Positions 11,932 to 23,352 of a stretch of DNA of 64,000 nucleotides are shown here, one piece after another. Source of the DNA: Selaginella moellendorffii (Eukaryota; Plantae; Lycopodiophyta). Under the pieces are notes generated by a model. It saw only the letters and a list, made by a program, of their open reading frames with translations, was not told the DNA's origin and searched no databases. The stretch lies in contig NW_003314324.1 in the NCBI RefSeq assembly GCF_000143415.4, positions 286,011 to 350,010 on the forward strand, given 5' to 3'. How positions within the stretch are numbered: the first letter of the stretch is position 1; each line of letters opens with the position of its first letter. Position numbers and translations under genes: made by a program.

Positions 11932-14900
11932 ATGGCGAGCGAGGAGTTTGTTCTTGATCCGAAATACGAGTTCTCTGCGCCTAGGTACCATGATTTCGTC
12001 GCCGGCGAGTCGAAGATGGACATTGACGAGGCGGAGCACTGGTTTGAGAGCGCCAGGGGCTACGAGGATTCGCGTAAGTGACCTTCGATCTCTCTGCCTC
12101 TCTTTTTCTTCTCGGATGCTAAGGTGAGATCCACAGCTCACGCGGACAAGGCGAATGGCAGTGAGGCTGTCCCTAGCAGCGCCATGGACGACATTGAAAA
12201 CATGGCTCCAGCGCCAGTCAAAGTGATGCCAGCAACCGTGATAGAAGTTCCAAAGCCAAGCCCGCTCAAGGAAATCTCTGTGAATGTTGTGGATTGCCCC
12301 TCTACAACCACGCCGTTTAAGCGGCCGCTTTGTTCCAACGCTAGCAAGCATGGCCAGGCTCTCACGGCGCCTAAGAATTCAATGCGAAGCTTGACAAGGT
12401 ATGGATGGATTCTCTGAGATTCTCACTGGAGCTGACTGATCGTCTTTAATTTTCTTAGATATGCTCGAGATACTGTAGTGAAGAAGATGAAAAAGAGTAT
12501 CGAGATGGTGATGGGCACGGATGAAAACGCAAACAAGAAACAAAAGGTGGAAACCGGATGTGTAAAGCAGGTAATGCATTCGCTTCTGATGTTACTGTTT
12601 AGCACTATCTGGTGATTGCCTTTTTATTTGCTCCAGGGAGGAAAACCGGGTTCGCCTTTCATGTCGCTGGCCGAGAAAGTTCTAAAGTTCCAGATTAAAA
12701 CCCCTGAGAGATTTCGTAATCACTCTCAACAGGTAATTTGATGGTTGCATGTGCCGTGGCTAACAACTATGGCTTTGGTATGACTAGGAGTTGTCCACTT
12801 CTTTATTGCAACATCAAAAGTCGGCACTGAAGCTAACAGTACCAAAAGAACCGGAACTCGAAACTTCTCATAGAGCTCGGCCCCCAAGGTAGACCAATTT
12901 CTTTCTGCCAGACCCTACAATGGTGACTGTTTCAGAGTTAAAAGCACCGCTGAACTTGAAGAGGAAATGTTGGCAAAAATTCCGAAGTTCAAAGCCCGAC
13001 CGATGAATAAGAAGGTACTGTACTAGTATTCACAGTTTCTATATCATAACGTCTGTGTCTCAGATTTTTGAAGCTCCTCATGTTCCTGCTATCTCAAAAC
13101 GTAATGCACAACAACCAGAGTTCCAGGTATACTGTAAAACTTGACTAGATCAAAATTCCATATGTCATTTTTAGGAGTTCCATTTGAGAACTACGGAACG
13201 TGCCTTGCAACACATATGTTCTGCATCGGAGGCTTCGGTAAGAACATATTTTACCGAAATGGTTCGAATTTTGTTTGATTTGGCTTGTATGACAGGTGTC
13301 AGATGTAAATGAGAGACGGAAGTCTGCTCCCGGCGACCTCAGAGAACCTCGTGAGCCGCAACTTCATACAGCTGCCAGAGCACGTCCAACAAAGTAGGCG
13401 CTAGTTGGATCGATGCATTTGTATCTAACATTTGCTATGCAGGGTGAAAAGCAGAGAGGAAATGGAAATAGAGGAACTACAAAAGGTGCCAAAATTCAAA
13501 GCACGTCCTCTGAACAAGAAGGTGTGAAACTGCTTGCAAATTCATCATCTCACATGTTTTTTCAGATCTTTGAAAGCCGAGGCGATCTGGGCATTTTCAG
13601 AAGTCAAAAGCGCCAACTTACAGTCCCGGTGGTAAGAGTTTGTCATTAACTTTTTTCACGGTCGTTTCTCTCACGGTTCTGACCTTCGTAGGAATTTCAT
13701 TTTGCTACTGATGAGCGATGTCAACATCCATCTAATGATCATGATACTACTATAACTGAAAAGCTCGAAAAGGTGAGTAAAGCACACAATGCCTTGACTA
13801 GGCTAGTAATTCTGCTGCTCTTGGTGTTGATTAGCTTTCACTCCATTCTCAGGAGGCACATTGTCCAGCGGGTCCAACTGTACCTCGTCCGTTCCACCTT
13901 GTGACAGAGGTTTGAGAAAGAAACTGCTAGTGCACTCATCTCCGTATTCTCTTGACAGCATCGTGGAGAAGCAAACAAAACGAGGTTCATGCAAGAGCTG
14001 TTTGAGCGAGAACTAGAGGAGCGTAACTTAAGAGTCCCTAAAGCAAATCCTCTTCCTTTCACTACGGACATTCCAGCGGTATGTATGCACTTCCCCGTGG
14101 CTGGCCTCACCTTCTTCTTTTTGCTGTAGATTCCACCAAAGCCACAACCGAAGGACTGCACGAGACCCGAGCCGTTTGAACTTGAAAGCCTTGTGAGACA
14201 CGAAGAAGAACTTCAAAGGAAAGCCGAGGAGCTCGCCAGACTTGAGCTTGAAGAAGCGGCAATGAGGCAATTCCATGCTCAACCAGCTCCAGTCTTGTAA
14301 GTCTCATCACCCCTTGCGTTTTCATCTCACGTTCTTTTTCTTTGTTTTTCAGTGACTTCGTTTTTATGCCTGAACGATCACGCGCTCCTCTTACTGAGGT
14401 CCAAGAGTTTTGTTTCCGAGCTGAAGCTCGTGCGGCAGAGCGGGCAGAATTCGATAAAAAGGTATGTGAATCACATGCTCACTGCATTTTTGCTCATTCA
14501 TGGCTGCTAGGTGATGGAGAAGCAAAATCATTACAAGCACATCAGGGAAGAACTCGAGGCTGCGAGAAGAGTAAGTATAAGCGCGTTTCTCCTTCTCTTT
14601 GCAGCTCTTGACAAGTGCTGCTACCAAATTACAGGTAGAAGAAGGCAAACTAGTGAAAGCTCTTCGAAGAGAGATGATCCCGCTAGCCAGGCCCATGCCT
14701 GTCTTTGGCAAACCTTTCGTTCCGCACAGGTGCGTAGCTCACTCAGCCTTCCCTCTCCCCATCGCTGATGAAGCTCTCTCTCGCGTTTGCAGATCCAAAA
14801 GAGAACCGACGCGAGCTATATCACCCCGGCTAAGAGTTCTCGACCGGAAAGAGCGCAGGCAATCGACGCAGCAGAGGCAATCGAACGAGAGAAGAAGATC

Positions 14901-14958
14901 CGTGGAGCTGAGGCGGGCTTCCACGATGAGCGCCCAAAAGAAGGCCCAGATGAGGTAA
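11932..14958 (+). CDS. TPX2: TPX2 microtubule-associated spindle protein / Aurora kinase activator, many small exons
   Basis: N-terminal Aurora-binding YEFSAPRYHDF...EHWF. Repeated LT.PKEP.LET, KIPKFKARP.NKKIFE, EFHLRT.ERA and PKANPLP motifs. C-terminal TPX2 domain RAAERAEFDKK...LRREMIPLARPMPVFGKPF. Confidence 0.92.
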
Positions 14959-15997
14959 AAGCAGTGACGGATCGAGATATTCATCCATCTTGGCTGGATC
15001 TCTCTGGCCACTTCGCTATCGATCTTCGCTATCGATCGAGCAGCGGGCGCTCAAGATTTGCGAACGAAGCCAACACTGCGTTGTCAAAGAAGAGCTTGAC
15101 GTCGGCGTTCCAAGAAGTTGGGAAGCATGGTTTGACTTAGAGTTGACCAATGTTTGACTAGGCTCTTAAGTCTTGGACAGGAACGCAGCCAATCACTACA
15201 AAACTCCTTTGCATCCTGTTTGTGAAATTCATTAACTGTCCAGATATTTGAAGTTTTTGATGCTTATATCTCAAACAGTGAATTTTGTGGTGGCACCCGC
15301 CATAGTATTTATAATTCATTTACTACTAATCAGTGTAAATTAATATATTTGTAATATAAAACTGCTTCGGCTAATTTCACCCTCAAAGTGCTTAACGATT
15401 AAAAATTTGTTAATTCAGCAGCAGTACTAATAGCACCAATTAACCAATCAAATCTGGCTCAAAATACTTTCCTTCACCGGTTGTGTTTGAGATTGCAAAG
15501 CAATAGAGCAGATTGTCGCGAAGAACAACACCTGGCAGAAGAACTGCAGCCGCTTCCGACACTCCGATTTGCGCGCGCGCTGCGCCCAAAACTCCAAATC
15601 AATTCAGACATTCGTATTTGCATGTACAGTACAAAACAAATCCCGTATTTTGATTTTGCTAGATTCAGCCAGATCGCTGAGGACAAGATCTAATCTTCCA
15701 TCCTCTGTCCGATTGAAGTTATTCAGTCTTCTCCAACATCACTCATTCTGCAGAAAGCCTGAACTTCAAAAACTTAGCTCGGTTCAAGGCCTCGGCTTTG
15801 AAAGTTATCTGTCCTCCCAATCCCGGTGGCGCGATCTGTCGTGGAGCTGTGGTGTCTGGCACGATGGCGTGATCGTTTCGTGCGGTGGTGGTAGCGAGAA
15901 GATAGATAGTTTGATGTCGTGAGATGAAATTTATACCTTTTGGAAAGAAATCTCGAAAGAATGTGAGTGAGAGAATTGAGTAAGAGTGTGAAGTAAG

Positions 15998-16500
15998 CTA
16001 GAAGCTACTGGAGTGAGTGAGCATGCCTGTAGGTGTTCTTACGAGTCGCAGGAGCTCCAGGAGCTCTTGTTCTTCTTCCGCGGTGAGTGTCTCGTGGATG
16101 AGCCCGAGCCTCTCAAGAACGTCCGCCACTGTCTTGCTGTCTTTGCAAATCTCGTGCTCGATGACGATGGCGAGGTCGTGCTTGAGTGACTGAGCTTGGA
16201 GATAGATCGCAGCCTGTGAGAAGAAGTAAGAAAGAATTCCAGAAGAAAAAAATGGAAACTCACGTCCACGAGCTGGAGTAGCTCATCGGAGCTCGAGAAC
16301 ATCGTCCGGACGTCTCCACCGTGCTCCCAGTAGTGGATAATCTTCTCCAGCACCGCATCGTCGATGAGATCGGGCATGGAGATTTCACGCTTGTTGCTGT
16401 CGAGCAAATCCACCAGCTCGGCCAGAAGCTCTGATTCTTTGGCAGCGCTCTTGGGGAGCCGGATGCGCTTGCGGCTTGTAAGCAAGAAGAGCTCCTGGAA
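15998..16500 (-). CDS. Divergent SKP1-like (BTB/POZ + Skp1 dimerisation) protein; 5' end unresolved
   Basis: Spliced (intron ~16263-16214) ELFLLTSRKRIRLPKSAAKESELLAELV...EISMPDLIDDAVLEKIIHYWEH...ELLQLVDAAIYLQAQSL...KTVADVLERLGLIHETLTAEEEQE. This matches Skp1 motifs I.lp.v...L.kvi.y..H, L..AA.YL.I..L and kt..eir..f.i..d.t.EEE. Confidence 0.7.
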
Positions 16501-16915
16501 GAATTGACTCGATCGAAGTATTTTGGGGAAGAAAAAGGAAAATCATCCCAAGAACGCACCTTCTCCCATCAGGGATTGTCCCGCGCGTCAGGATGGATCT
16601 CTCGCAGCAGGTTCATGATGAGCGCCTTCGCATTGCCGACCTATCCATCAAGACGACAAGCGATCGCAACAAATTTCACTCTCGGCCATGGAAATCGATG
16701 GATCAGGCACGCCAGATGACGATATTTCGAGAAAATCCCTCCCGATTTTACCTGCGCAGAGGGATCCCCTCTCGCCATCGCCTCCGTGCTCCAAAGCTCC
16801 TTCCCTCCTTTCAAACGTTAAACCCAAGATCGGACGGCTCATATCATTCTCCCGCCGGTCCAAAGCTATATAAAGAAGGGTGAAAGGTTTTGCGAAGGAT
16901 TAGGGTTTGAAAGCT

Positions 16916-18984
16916 ATGGAGGAGCATCGCTACTCTCACAGAGTGCTCGCCCGATCGATCTTGGCGCGCCCGGACGGGGGAGCTGCCCTCGCTGGCCAGA
17001 CATTGTGCGTCGGGGGATGGATCAAGTCCCGGCGCACGCATCGCGGCGTTGTTTTCCTGGCTCTCAGCGATGGATCGTGTGCTTCGTCTCTCCAGGTACG
17101 CAAATCCCTCTCTCCCCAAATATTTCGTCCAATCTCAGTGCGATCTACTCGCAGGTGATCGTCGATCCCGAGAAGGAGCTCGACACCGAGCAGCTCCACA
17201 CTGGGAGCTGCTTGCTCGTGAAAGGAGAATTGGTGCTATCCCCGGGTAAAGGCCAGGCCGTGGAGCTCCACGCCCGAGAGTTCCTACACGCTGCTCCCGC
17301 CGACGCATCCAAGTATCCCATTGCCAAAACAAAGCTTCCGCCAGAGTTTCTAAGGACTGTTCTACATCTCCGGCCAAGAACAGATCTAGTAAGTTGCCAG
17401 TCCTTGAGATCGAGCTTCATGCTTTCTTTCTTGCACAAAGTTTCTTAGAAGTCTTTGCTTGAGCTCCAAGCAAAGTTGCAACTCTGTGTGTTTCTTTGTT
17501 TACTAAGCTCGCGTTTTGCAGATATCGTCCGTCGCTCGCATTCGCAGCGCTCTCGTGCTCGCCACCCACACATTCTTCCAGCAGCAGGGATTCATCCACG
17601 TCCACACGCCAATCATCACAACCAGCGACTGCGAGGGCGCCGGCGAGATGTTCCAAGTCACGACTTTGCTCGCTCCCGAGAAGAGGGAACACCTCGTGGC
17701 GTCGACGCAAGACCAGATCGATGCTGCCAGGGAATTGGTCACCCGATGCGGAGATACTGTCCGGAAGCTCAAGGAGAAGAAGTCGAGCAGCAAAGCGGAG
17801 ATCGGCGACGCCGTGAAACAGCTCAAAGCGGCCAAAGACGAAGAAGCCAGGCTCGTCAAACGGGCCGAGGACGGGGGTGCTGACTACTCGGCCGATTTCT
17901 TTGGGCGACCAGCGTTCCTGACAGTCTCTGGCCAGCTCCAAGCTGAGACGTACGCTTGCGCTCTTAGCAACGTTTACACTTTCGGCCCGACGTTTCGAGC
18001 GGAGCAGTCTCATACATCCCGGCATTTGGCAGAGTTTCTGATGGTGGAACCGGAGCTTGCATTTGCGGAGCTCAAGGTTAGAGGTTTCTCGTTTTGGAAA
18101 CTTGATCCCATGAGTTGAATTTGTGGTGGCAGGATGATATGGACTGTGCGGAAGACTACGTGAAATTCATGTGCCAGTGGTTACTGGATCGCTGTTACGA
18201 TGATATCAAGCTTATGGACGACAAGCTCACTGAGAGCGGTGCCTTGGAGCGGCTCCAGAACGTTGTCAGCGCTCCGTTCGCGAGGATAACTTACACACAA
18301 GCAATCGAGATGCTAAAGGAGGTTCGTGATTCTCTGGTTTTCCTTTGCGTGATCCTTCTTCTCGTAGGTGAAAGACTTTACCTTCGAAACTCCAGTGGAA
18401 TGGGGAATGGATTTAGCATCCGAGCACGAAAGGTATGTTAGAGAGAAAACAAAATCGATCTTTTCTTGATGATCTTTCATTGCAGATATCTCGCAGAGCA
18501 GCTCTTCCAAAAGCCCGTCTTTGTATACGACTATCCAAAGGCAATCAAGGCGTTCTACATGCGAGTTAACGACGATGGCCAGACCGTGGCAGCCATGGAC
18601 ATGCTCGTGCCAAAGGTGAGAAGCTTTCTATCACAGGAGAAGCATAGCCAAAGTGATTGAAAATCGCGTTTTTCCAGGTCGGCGAGCTTGTGGGAGGGAG
18701 CCAGAGAGAGGAGAGATACGAGGTGCTCGTCCAAAGGTATGGCGGATTTGAGATTTTCGCAAGAGCTCTGCGGTGAAATGGTGTGTGCTTGATCTTGCAG
18801 GCTAGAAGAACTAGAGCTGCCACTGGATTCATACGAGTGGTACTTGGATTTGCGACGCTATGGAAGCGTGAAGCACTCGGGATTTGGGCTGGGATTCGAG
18901 AGGATGCTCCTCTTCGTCACAGGACTAGAGAACATCAGGGATGTGATACCATTTCCCAGATCTACTGGAAAGGCCGAGTTATAA
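16916..18984 (+). CDS. Asparaginyl-tRNA synthetase, cytosolic (SYNC1-like) with WHEP insertion, multi-exon; TATA ~16867 and telo-box 16901 upstream
   Basis: OB-fold, [88 protein letters not shown]. Confidence 0.96.
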
Positions 18985-19137
18985 TATTGCATTTTTAAGT
19001 TCTTTTATAGTTCTACTAGCGATGAATGGATAGCTCGCTCGAATAGATCACTCTCGTGACGATCTTCGCTTCTTTGGTTTCGATGGATGGATCTTCAGCG
19101 ATGTCTCTCGTGGATTTTGGCGATGGATCGCGCAAAT

Positions 19138-19420
19138 GCCTGTGGAGGAAGACTAGGGTTTCTTCTTGTCAATGCTCTTGGCTAGGCGCGGGAGGGAATC
19201 GTCGATCGATAGGCGCTTCCTCGCTGGAAATATCCAGATCTCTCGCAATCAGATCGGCCTCACAGAATGCATCGATGAGGATCTTCCCTGCTCGATGGAT
19301 CATCGCGAGTGGCTGTGGAGGAAGAACACTAGGCTAGGGTTTCTCCTTGTCAATGCTCTTGGCGCGGCGCGCGAGGCAATCCTCGATCGATACGCGCTTC
19401 CTCGCTCGAAATATCCAGGC
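19138..19420 (+). repeat. Tandem duplication (~180 bp offset) of the 5' leader and first codons of the downstream PPR gene
   Basis: tgtggaggaagac-tagggtttcttcttgtcaATGctcttggc...tcgatcgata...gcttcctcgct..aaatatccag occurs at ~19141-19236 and again at ~19314-19418. Confidence 0.9.
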
Positions 19421-21479
19421 TGCTGCCGCCCCACAGCCGGAGCGTCCATCCGATCGCCTCGCCGGCCTCGCAGAATGCATCGCCCGGCTCGACGATCGCT
19501 CGCCGGATGTCAACCACATCATGCTCCCGGGCCTCCTCCAGAGCTGCGGCAAGATGCGCGCTCTCGACCAGGGCCGCAAGCTCCACGCCTACCTCGCCAA
19601 GCACGGCCTCGATCGCGAGCTCGTCCTGGGGAACTTCCTCCTCGACATGTATGGCAAATGCGGCTGCGCGGCCGACGTCGTGGATCTCTTCCACCGCATG
19701 CGCGACCGCAATCTCTTCTCCTGGACGGCGCTCATCGCCGCGCACGCGCACAGCAACGCCAAGAAGGCCGGCGCCGCGGCAGTGCTCGCGAACAGCCGCG
19801 AGGCGCTCAAGCTCTTCTCGCGGCTCCAGATGGAGGGGCTCAAGCCGGATCGCGTCGTCTTCGTGCACGTCCTCTCGGCGTGCTCGGATCCCTCGCTGGC
19901 GGCACAGGGGCGGGCGATCCACCGGATGATCGTGGAGGAGACCGATCTAGCGAAGAACACGCTCGTCAACAACTCGGTGCTCAACATGTACGCGCGATGT
20001 GGGCGAATGGATGCCGCCTGGCGGCATTTTGAGAGCCTGGAGGAGAAGAGAGACGCGGTGTCCTACACGACGATGATCAATGCTTGCGCTGGAAGTGGGC
20101 GATTCCGCGAGGTGCTCGAGGTCTTCTCGCGGATGGAGGCCGCCGGGATGGAGCCCAACAACATGTCGCTCGTCACGGTGCTCAGCGCCTTCGCGAAAGT
20201 TGGCAACCTCCACCTCGCTGCCAGGATCTTCGCGCGGACGGACAGGAGCTACATCTTCCCCTGGAATGCGATGATCGCGGCCTACGTCCAGCACGGGGAC
20301 AGCCGCCAGGCGATTCGGCTCTTCGACGAGCTCCTGGCGCGGAGGATCGAGCCCAACAGCGTGACGCTCATGGAAGTCCTGGACGCCTGCGCGAGCCTGG
20401 CGGCGCTCAGGGATGGCAAGCGCGTGCACGCCATCGCCAGGGATCACGGAGTGGATTCGGAGGTGGCGGTGGCCACCGCGATCGTGGACATGTACTCCAA
20501 GTGTGGCTGCTTGGACGAGGCGGTGGAGGCGTTCGCTCGGATCGAGCGGCACGACACCGTCTCCTGGACTGCGATGCTCGCCGCATTTGCCCAGCACGGG
20601 CATATCGATCGAGCACTGGCAACGTTCCAGAGAATGCAAGAGCAAGGCCACAAGCCCAACTACGTCACCTTCGTCCATCTCCTCAGCGCTTGCAGCCACA
20701 AGGGGCTCGTCGAGGAGGGCCGCAAGTACTTCGATCTCATGACCGCGCGCTATGGCATCGCTCCAGACGCCCAGCACTACGCGTGCATGGTGGATCTCCT
20801 GGGACGCGCCGGCTACCTCGACGAGGCGGAGGGCTTTCTCAACAGGATGCCGGGAGCTCCACACGCCGCGGTGCTCAAATCGCTACTCTCGGCGTGCCGG
20901 AGCTACAAGGACGTGGACCGCGGCGAGAGGATCGCCAAGAGGATGCTCGAGAGTTTCTGGGACGAGTCCATGCCTTACGTGGTGCTGGCGAGCATCTACC
21001 GCGCGGCCGGCAAGTGGGAGGAGGCGGCCAGGATCCGGAGCCTCATGGTGGAGCGCGGCGTGAGGAAGGATCCGGGGCGCAGCGCGATCGAGGTGGAGGG
21101 GAGGGTCTTCGAGTTCGTGGCCGGGGACATGAGCCACGTCCAGATGAATCCCATCCGGGCCAAGCTCCAGGAGCTGAGCAGCGCGATGAAGAAGGCCGGG
21201 TATGTTCCAGACACCTCGCTCGTTCTCCACGACGTTGCCGAGGAGGAGAAGGAGCAAGTTCTTCTCTGGCATAGCGAGAAGCTGGCGGTGGCGTTTGGGC
21301 TGCTCAACACCCCGGCCGGCAGCCCGATCAGAGTGATCAAGAACCTCCGGGTTTGCAAGGACTGCCACGACGCCGCCAAGCTCATCTCGGCGATCGAGCA
21401 GCGGCGGATCGTGTTCCGGGACTTGAGCCGGTTCCACCACTTTGAGAACGGGGTGTGTTCCTGCGGGGATTACTGGTAG
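19353..21479 (+). CDS. PLS-class PPR-E-DYW RNA editing factor, intronless
   Basis: PPR repeats, PG box KDPGRSAIEV, GYVPDT...HSEKLAVAFGL, NLRVCKDCH, CSCGDYW. Confidence 0.96.
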   Translation: MLLARRARQSSIDTRFLARNIQAAAAPQPERPSDRLAGLAECIARLDDRSPDVNHIMLPGLLQSCGKMRALDQGRKLHAYLAKHGLDRELVLGNFLLDMYGKCGCAADVVDLFHRMRDRNLFSWTALIAAHAHSNAKKAGAAAVLANSREALKLFSRLQMEGLKPDRVVFVHVLSACSDPSLAAQGRAIHRMIVEETDLAKNTLVNNSVLNMYARCGRMDAAWRHFESLEEKRDAVSYTTMINACAGSGRFREVLEVFSRMEAAGMEPNNMSLVTVLSAFAKVGNLHLAARIFARTDRSYIFPWNAMIAAYVQHGDSRQAIRLFDELLARRIEPNSVTLMEVLDACASLAALRDGKRVHAIARDHGVDSEVAVATAIVDMYSKCGCLDEAVEAFARIERHDTVSWTAMLAAFAQHGHIDRALATFQRMQEQGHKPNYVTFVHLLSACSHKGLVEEGRKYFDLMTARYGIAPDAQHYACMVDLLGRAGYLDEAEGFLNRMPGAPHAAVLKSLLSACRSYKDVDRGERIAKRMLESFWDESMPYVVLASIYRAAGKWEEAARIRSLMVERGVRKDPGRSAIEVEGRVFEFVAGDMSHVQMNPIRAKLQELSSAMKKAGYVPDTSLVLHDVAEEEKEQVLLWHSEKLAVAFGLLNTPAGSPIRVIKNLRVCKDCHDAAKLISAIEQRRIVFRDLSRFHHFENGVCSCGDYW

Positions 21480-21544
21480 AACACAGTGAGAGCCTGGTCG
21501 AGAAGATTCAAAGGAGCGAAGCTTTACGAGTTTATATGAACCTG

Positions 21545-22816
21545 TCAAGCGCCCAAGAGGCCGGCTCGCTGGTAAACGCACAGGGGGTGGAGCTCGTGAA
21601 GAAACTCCACGTCTTGGAAGCCGCCTACTTGCCTGACGCCCGTCCATCCACGCCGAGCTAGGAAATCCTTGAAGTTGTCCTCCGTGAACAGCGTCTTGTC
21701 CTCGGTGGCTCCCGTGAGACGATCGGACTCGTCGTAGAGGCAAACTTTGATCGTCACGCCTGGAAGAGCATTGTCATTGAGAAGATCATCGCGAATGATG
21801 ATAGCTACCTTCGTCCAGGTTGAGAATGTAGCTTCCCAATGGCATGTCGCGATCGATGCTCCACACGACGCCGTCTTCGTCCTCGAGCCAGAACGCTCGT
21901 TTGGTTCTCAGCCGGAAAGCAGCCTTGATCGCCTCTCGGATTGAATCCGGCGAGCCATCGATCCCTACGCGCCTCGTCACGCTGTTGTATCGGATAGTTA
22001 TGATCTTTCCAGCGGGCAACGAGCTGCGCTGTGCTCCTCCCGCTACGTAGAGCTTTCCAAGAGTGAGAAGAAGAAAAGAATCAAACAAGAAAACGCAAAC
22101 CTTCTTTCCAGTTCCAGCCGTTTGCTACAGCGAGATCGTTGGAGGAACTGAGATGGTGATTTGCTTCGCTCTCCAGCCTGCTCTCCAGATTGAACTGGTT
22201 TCGCGAAGTAGTAGTGACTGAGAAAGAGAGAAAGAAAAGATCTAGAGATCAAACAAACGAGGGAACTTCCATACAAATCCAAAGAGAAAGTACCTTTGGG
22301 AGAAGCATCCAGTTTGCTGGGACTCTTGTATGGATTTAGCCGGGCTCTCTCGGACAGAAGATCTTCCAGTTCTTTGAAGCAGCCAACCTTGTTAGCACTG
22401 CCACCTCCACCATTCTTGTCGTGGTGCCTCGCCTTCTTGTACTCCTTGAGCAAATTCCTCCACTTGTCGATACACATTGTGGGGGACCTGTCGAATCCCC
22501 GCTCCTTCATCTTGCTCGAGATGAGATCCCACAGGTGCTTGTTGGATTTGCTCGTGTTGAACAAGCTGTCCATCTCCCGGCGATGCGCAATGAGAGCTCG
22601 GATCTCCTCCTGGGCCCAAGTCTCGGCTCTCTTCTTTGGGGCCTTGACGTCGTGATCGTCGCACAGATCGCCGGAGCCCAGCATCAATCCCTGCTGCTGC
22701 TGCTGCTGTGGAGAATTCGATCTACGCGTGGCTGCTATCGTCGGTATCGATGGAGCCGGAGCCGCCTCAACGATTTCGGACACAGGCCCTCCTCCATTGG
22801 CCACACAATCAATCAT
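21545..22816 (-). CDS. Trihelix transcription factor GT-1-like, multi-exon
   Basis: [18 protein letters not shown]...[38 protein letters not shown]-terminal [33 protein letters not shown] and [15 protein letters not shown]. Confidence 0.93.
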
Positions 22817-23352
22817 CCTCTCGCCTTGGAAGATTCGCGAGGAAATATCAAGAATCCCCTTCCCTGGAGCAAAATGGAGAGACTCCTACCTCCCCGGATC
22901 CATCAGCTCCATCCCTGGATGCCCAGAATGCGACCAACGAGGCGGTAGCGGCAGCGGCGATCCCTGCGAGAGCAATCCATCGCTGGATCGGACGAGCAGC
23001 GGAGATGCAGATCCATGGCGATCCAAGAACAACGCAGCCGCAGCGTGGAGATCGATCACGCTCATCACAGGAAATAAAAGGGTTAAAAGAAACGAAATGC
23101 CGAAGGATATTCCGTCTCTTCCAACTTAAAACTACGGAATATCCTTTGACGGCTGGAGGATATTTATGTTTCATTAGGGCTCCGTTAATTACACAGAATA
23201 TCCTTAATACCTTTAAGCATATTCCCCCGCCAGCGTGGCGGGCTGGAAGCCAATAGGAGCTCGTCTCCTATCCCCCCCTTATCTCACAGCATTCTATCAC
23301 AACTTAATCGCAGCCTCTTCTTCCCACCGAGTGTTTTGCTCGAGGATCCGCC

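Noticed and set aside
11712-12023. ~100-aa N-terminal extension of DPH1 in the ORF track
   Set aside because: It overlaps the promoter and TPX2 exon 1 antisense. DPH1 homology starts after ATG 11711.
15770-15800. Minus-strand CCTTGAACCGAG / CCGAGCTAAGT resembling a TPP riboswitch or the SRP RNA 5' end
   Set aside because: Only short matches. CTGAGA/AGGGA riboswitch elements, the SRP body and a USE promoter are absent.
17720-17860. WHEP-like insertion in the AsnRS catalytic domain
   Set aside because: Known feature of plant cytosolic AsnRS, so not novel.
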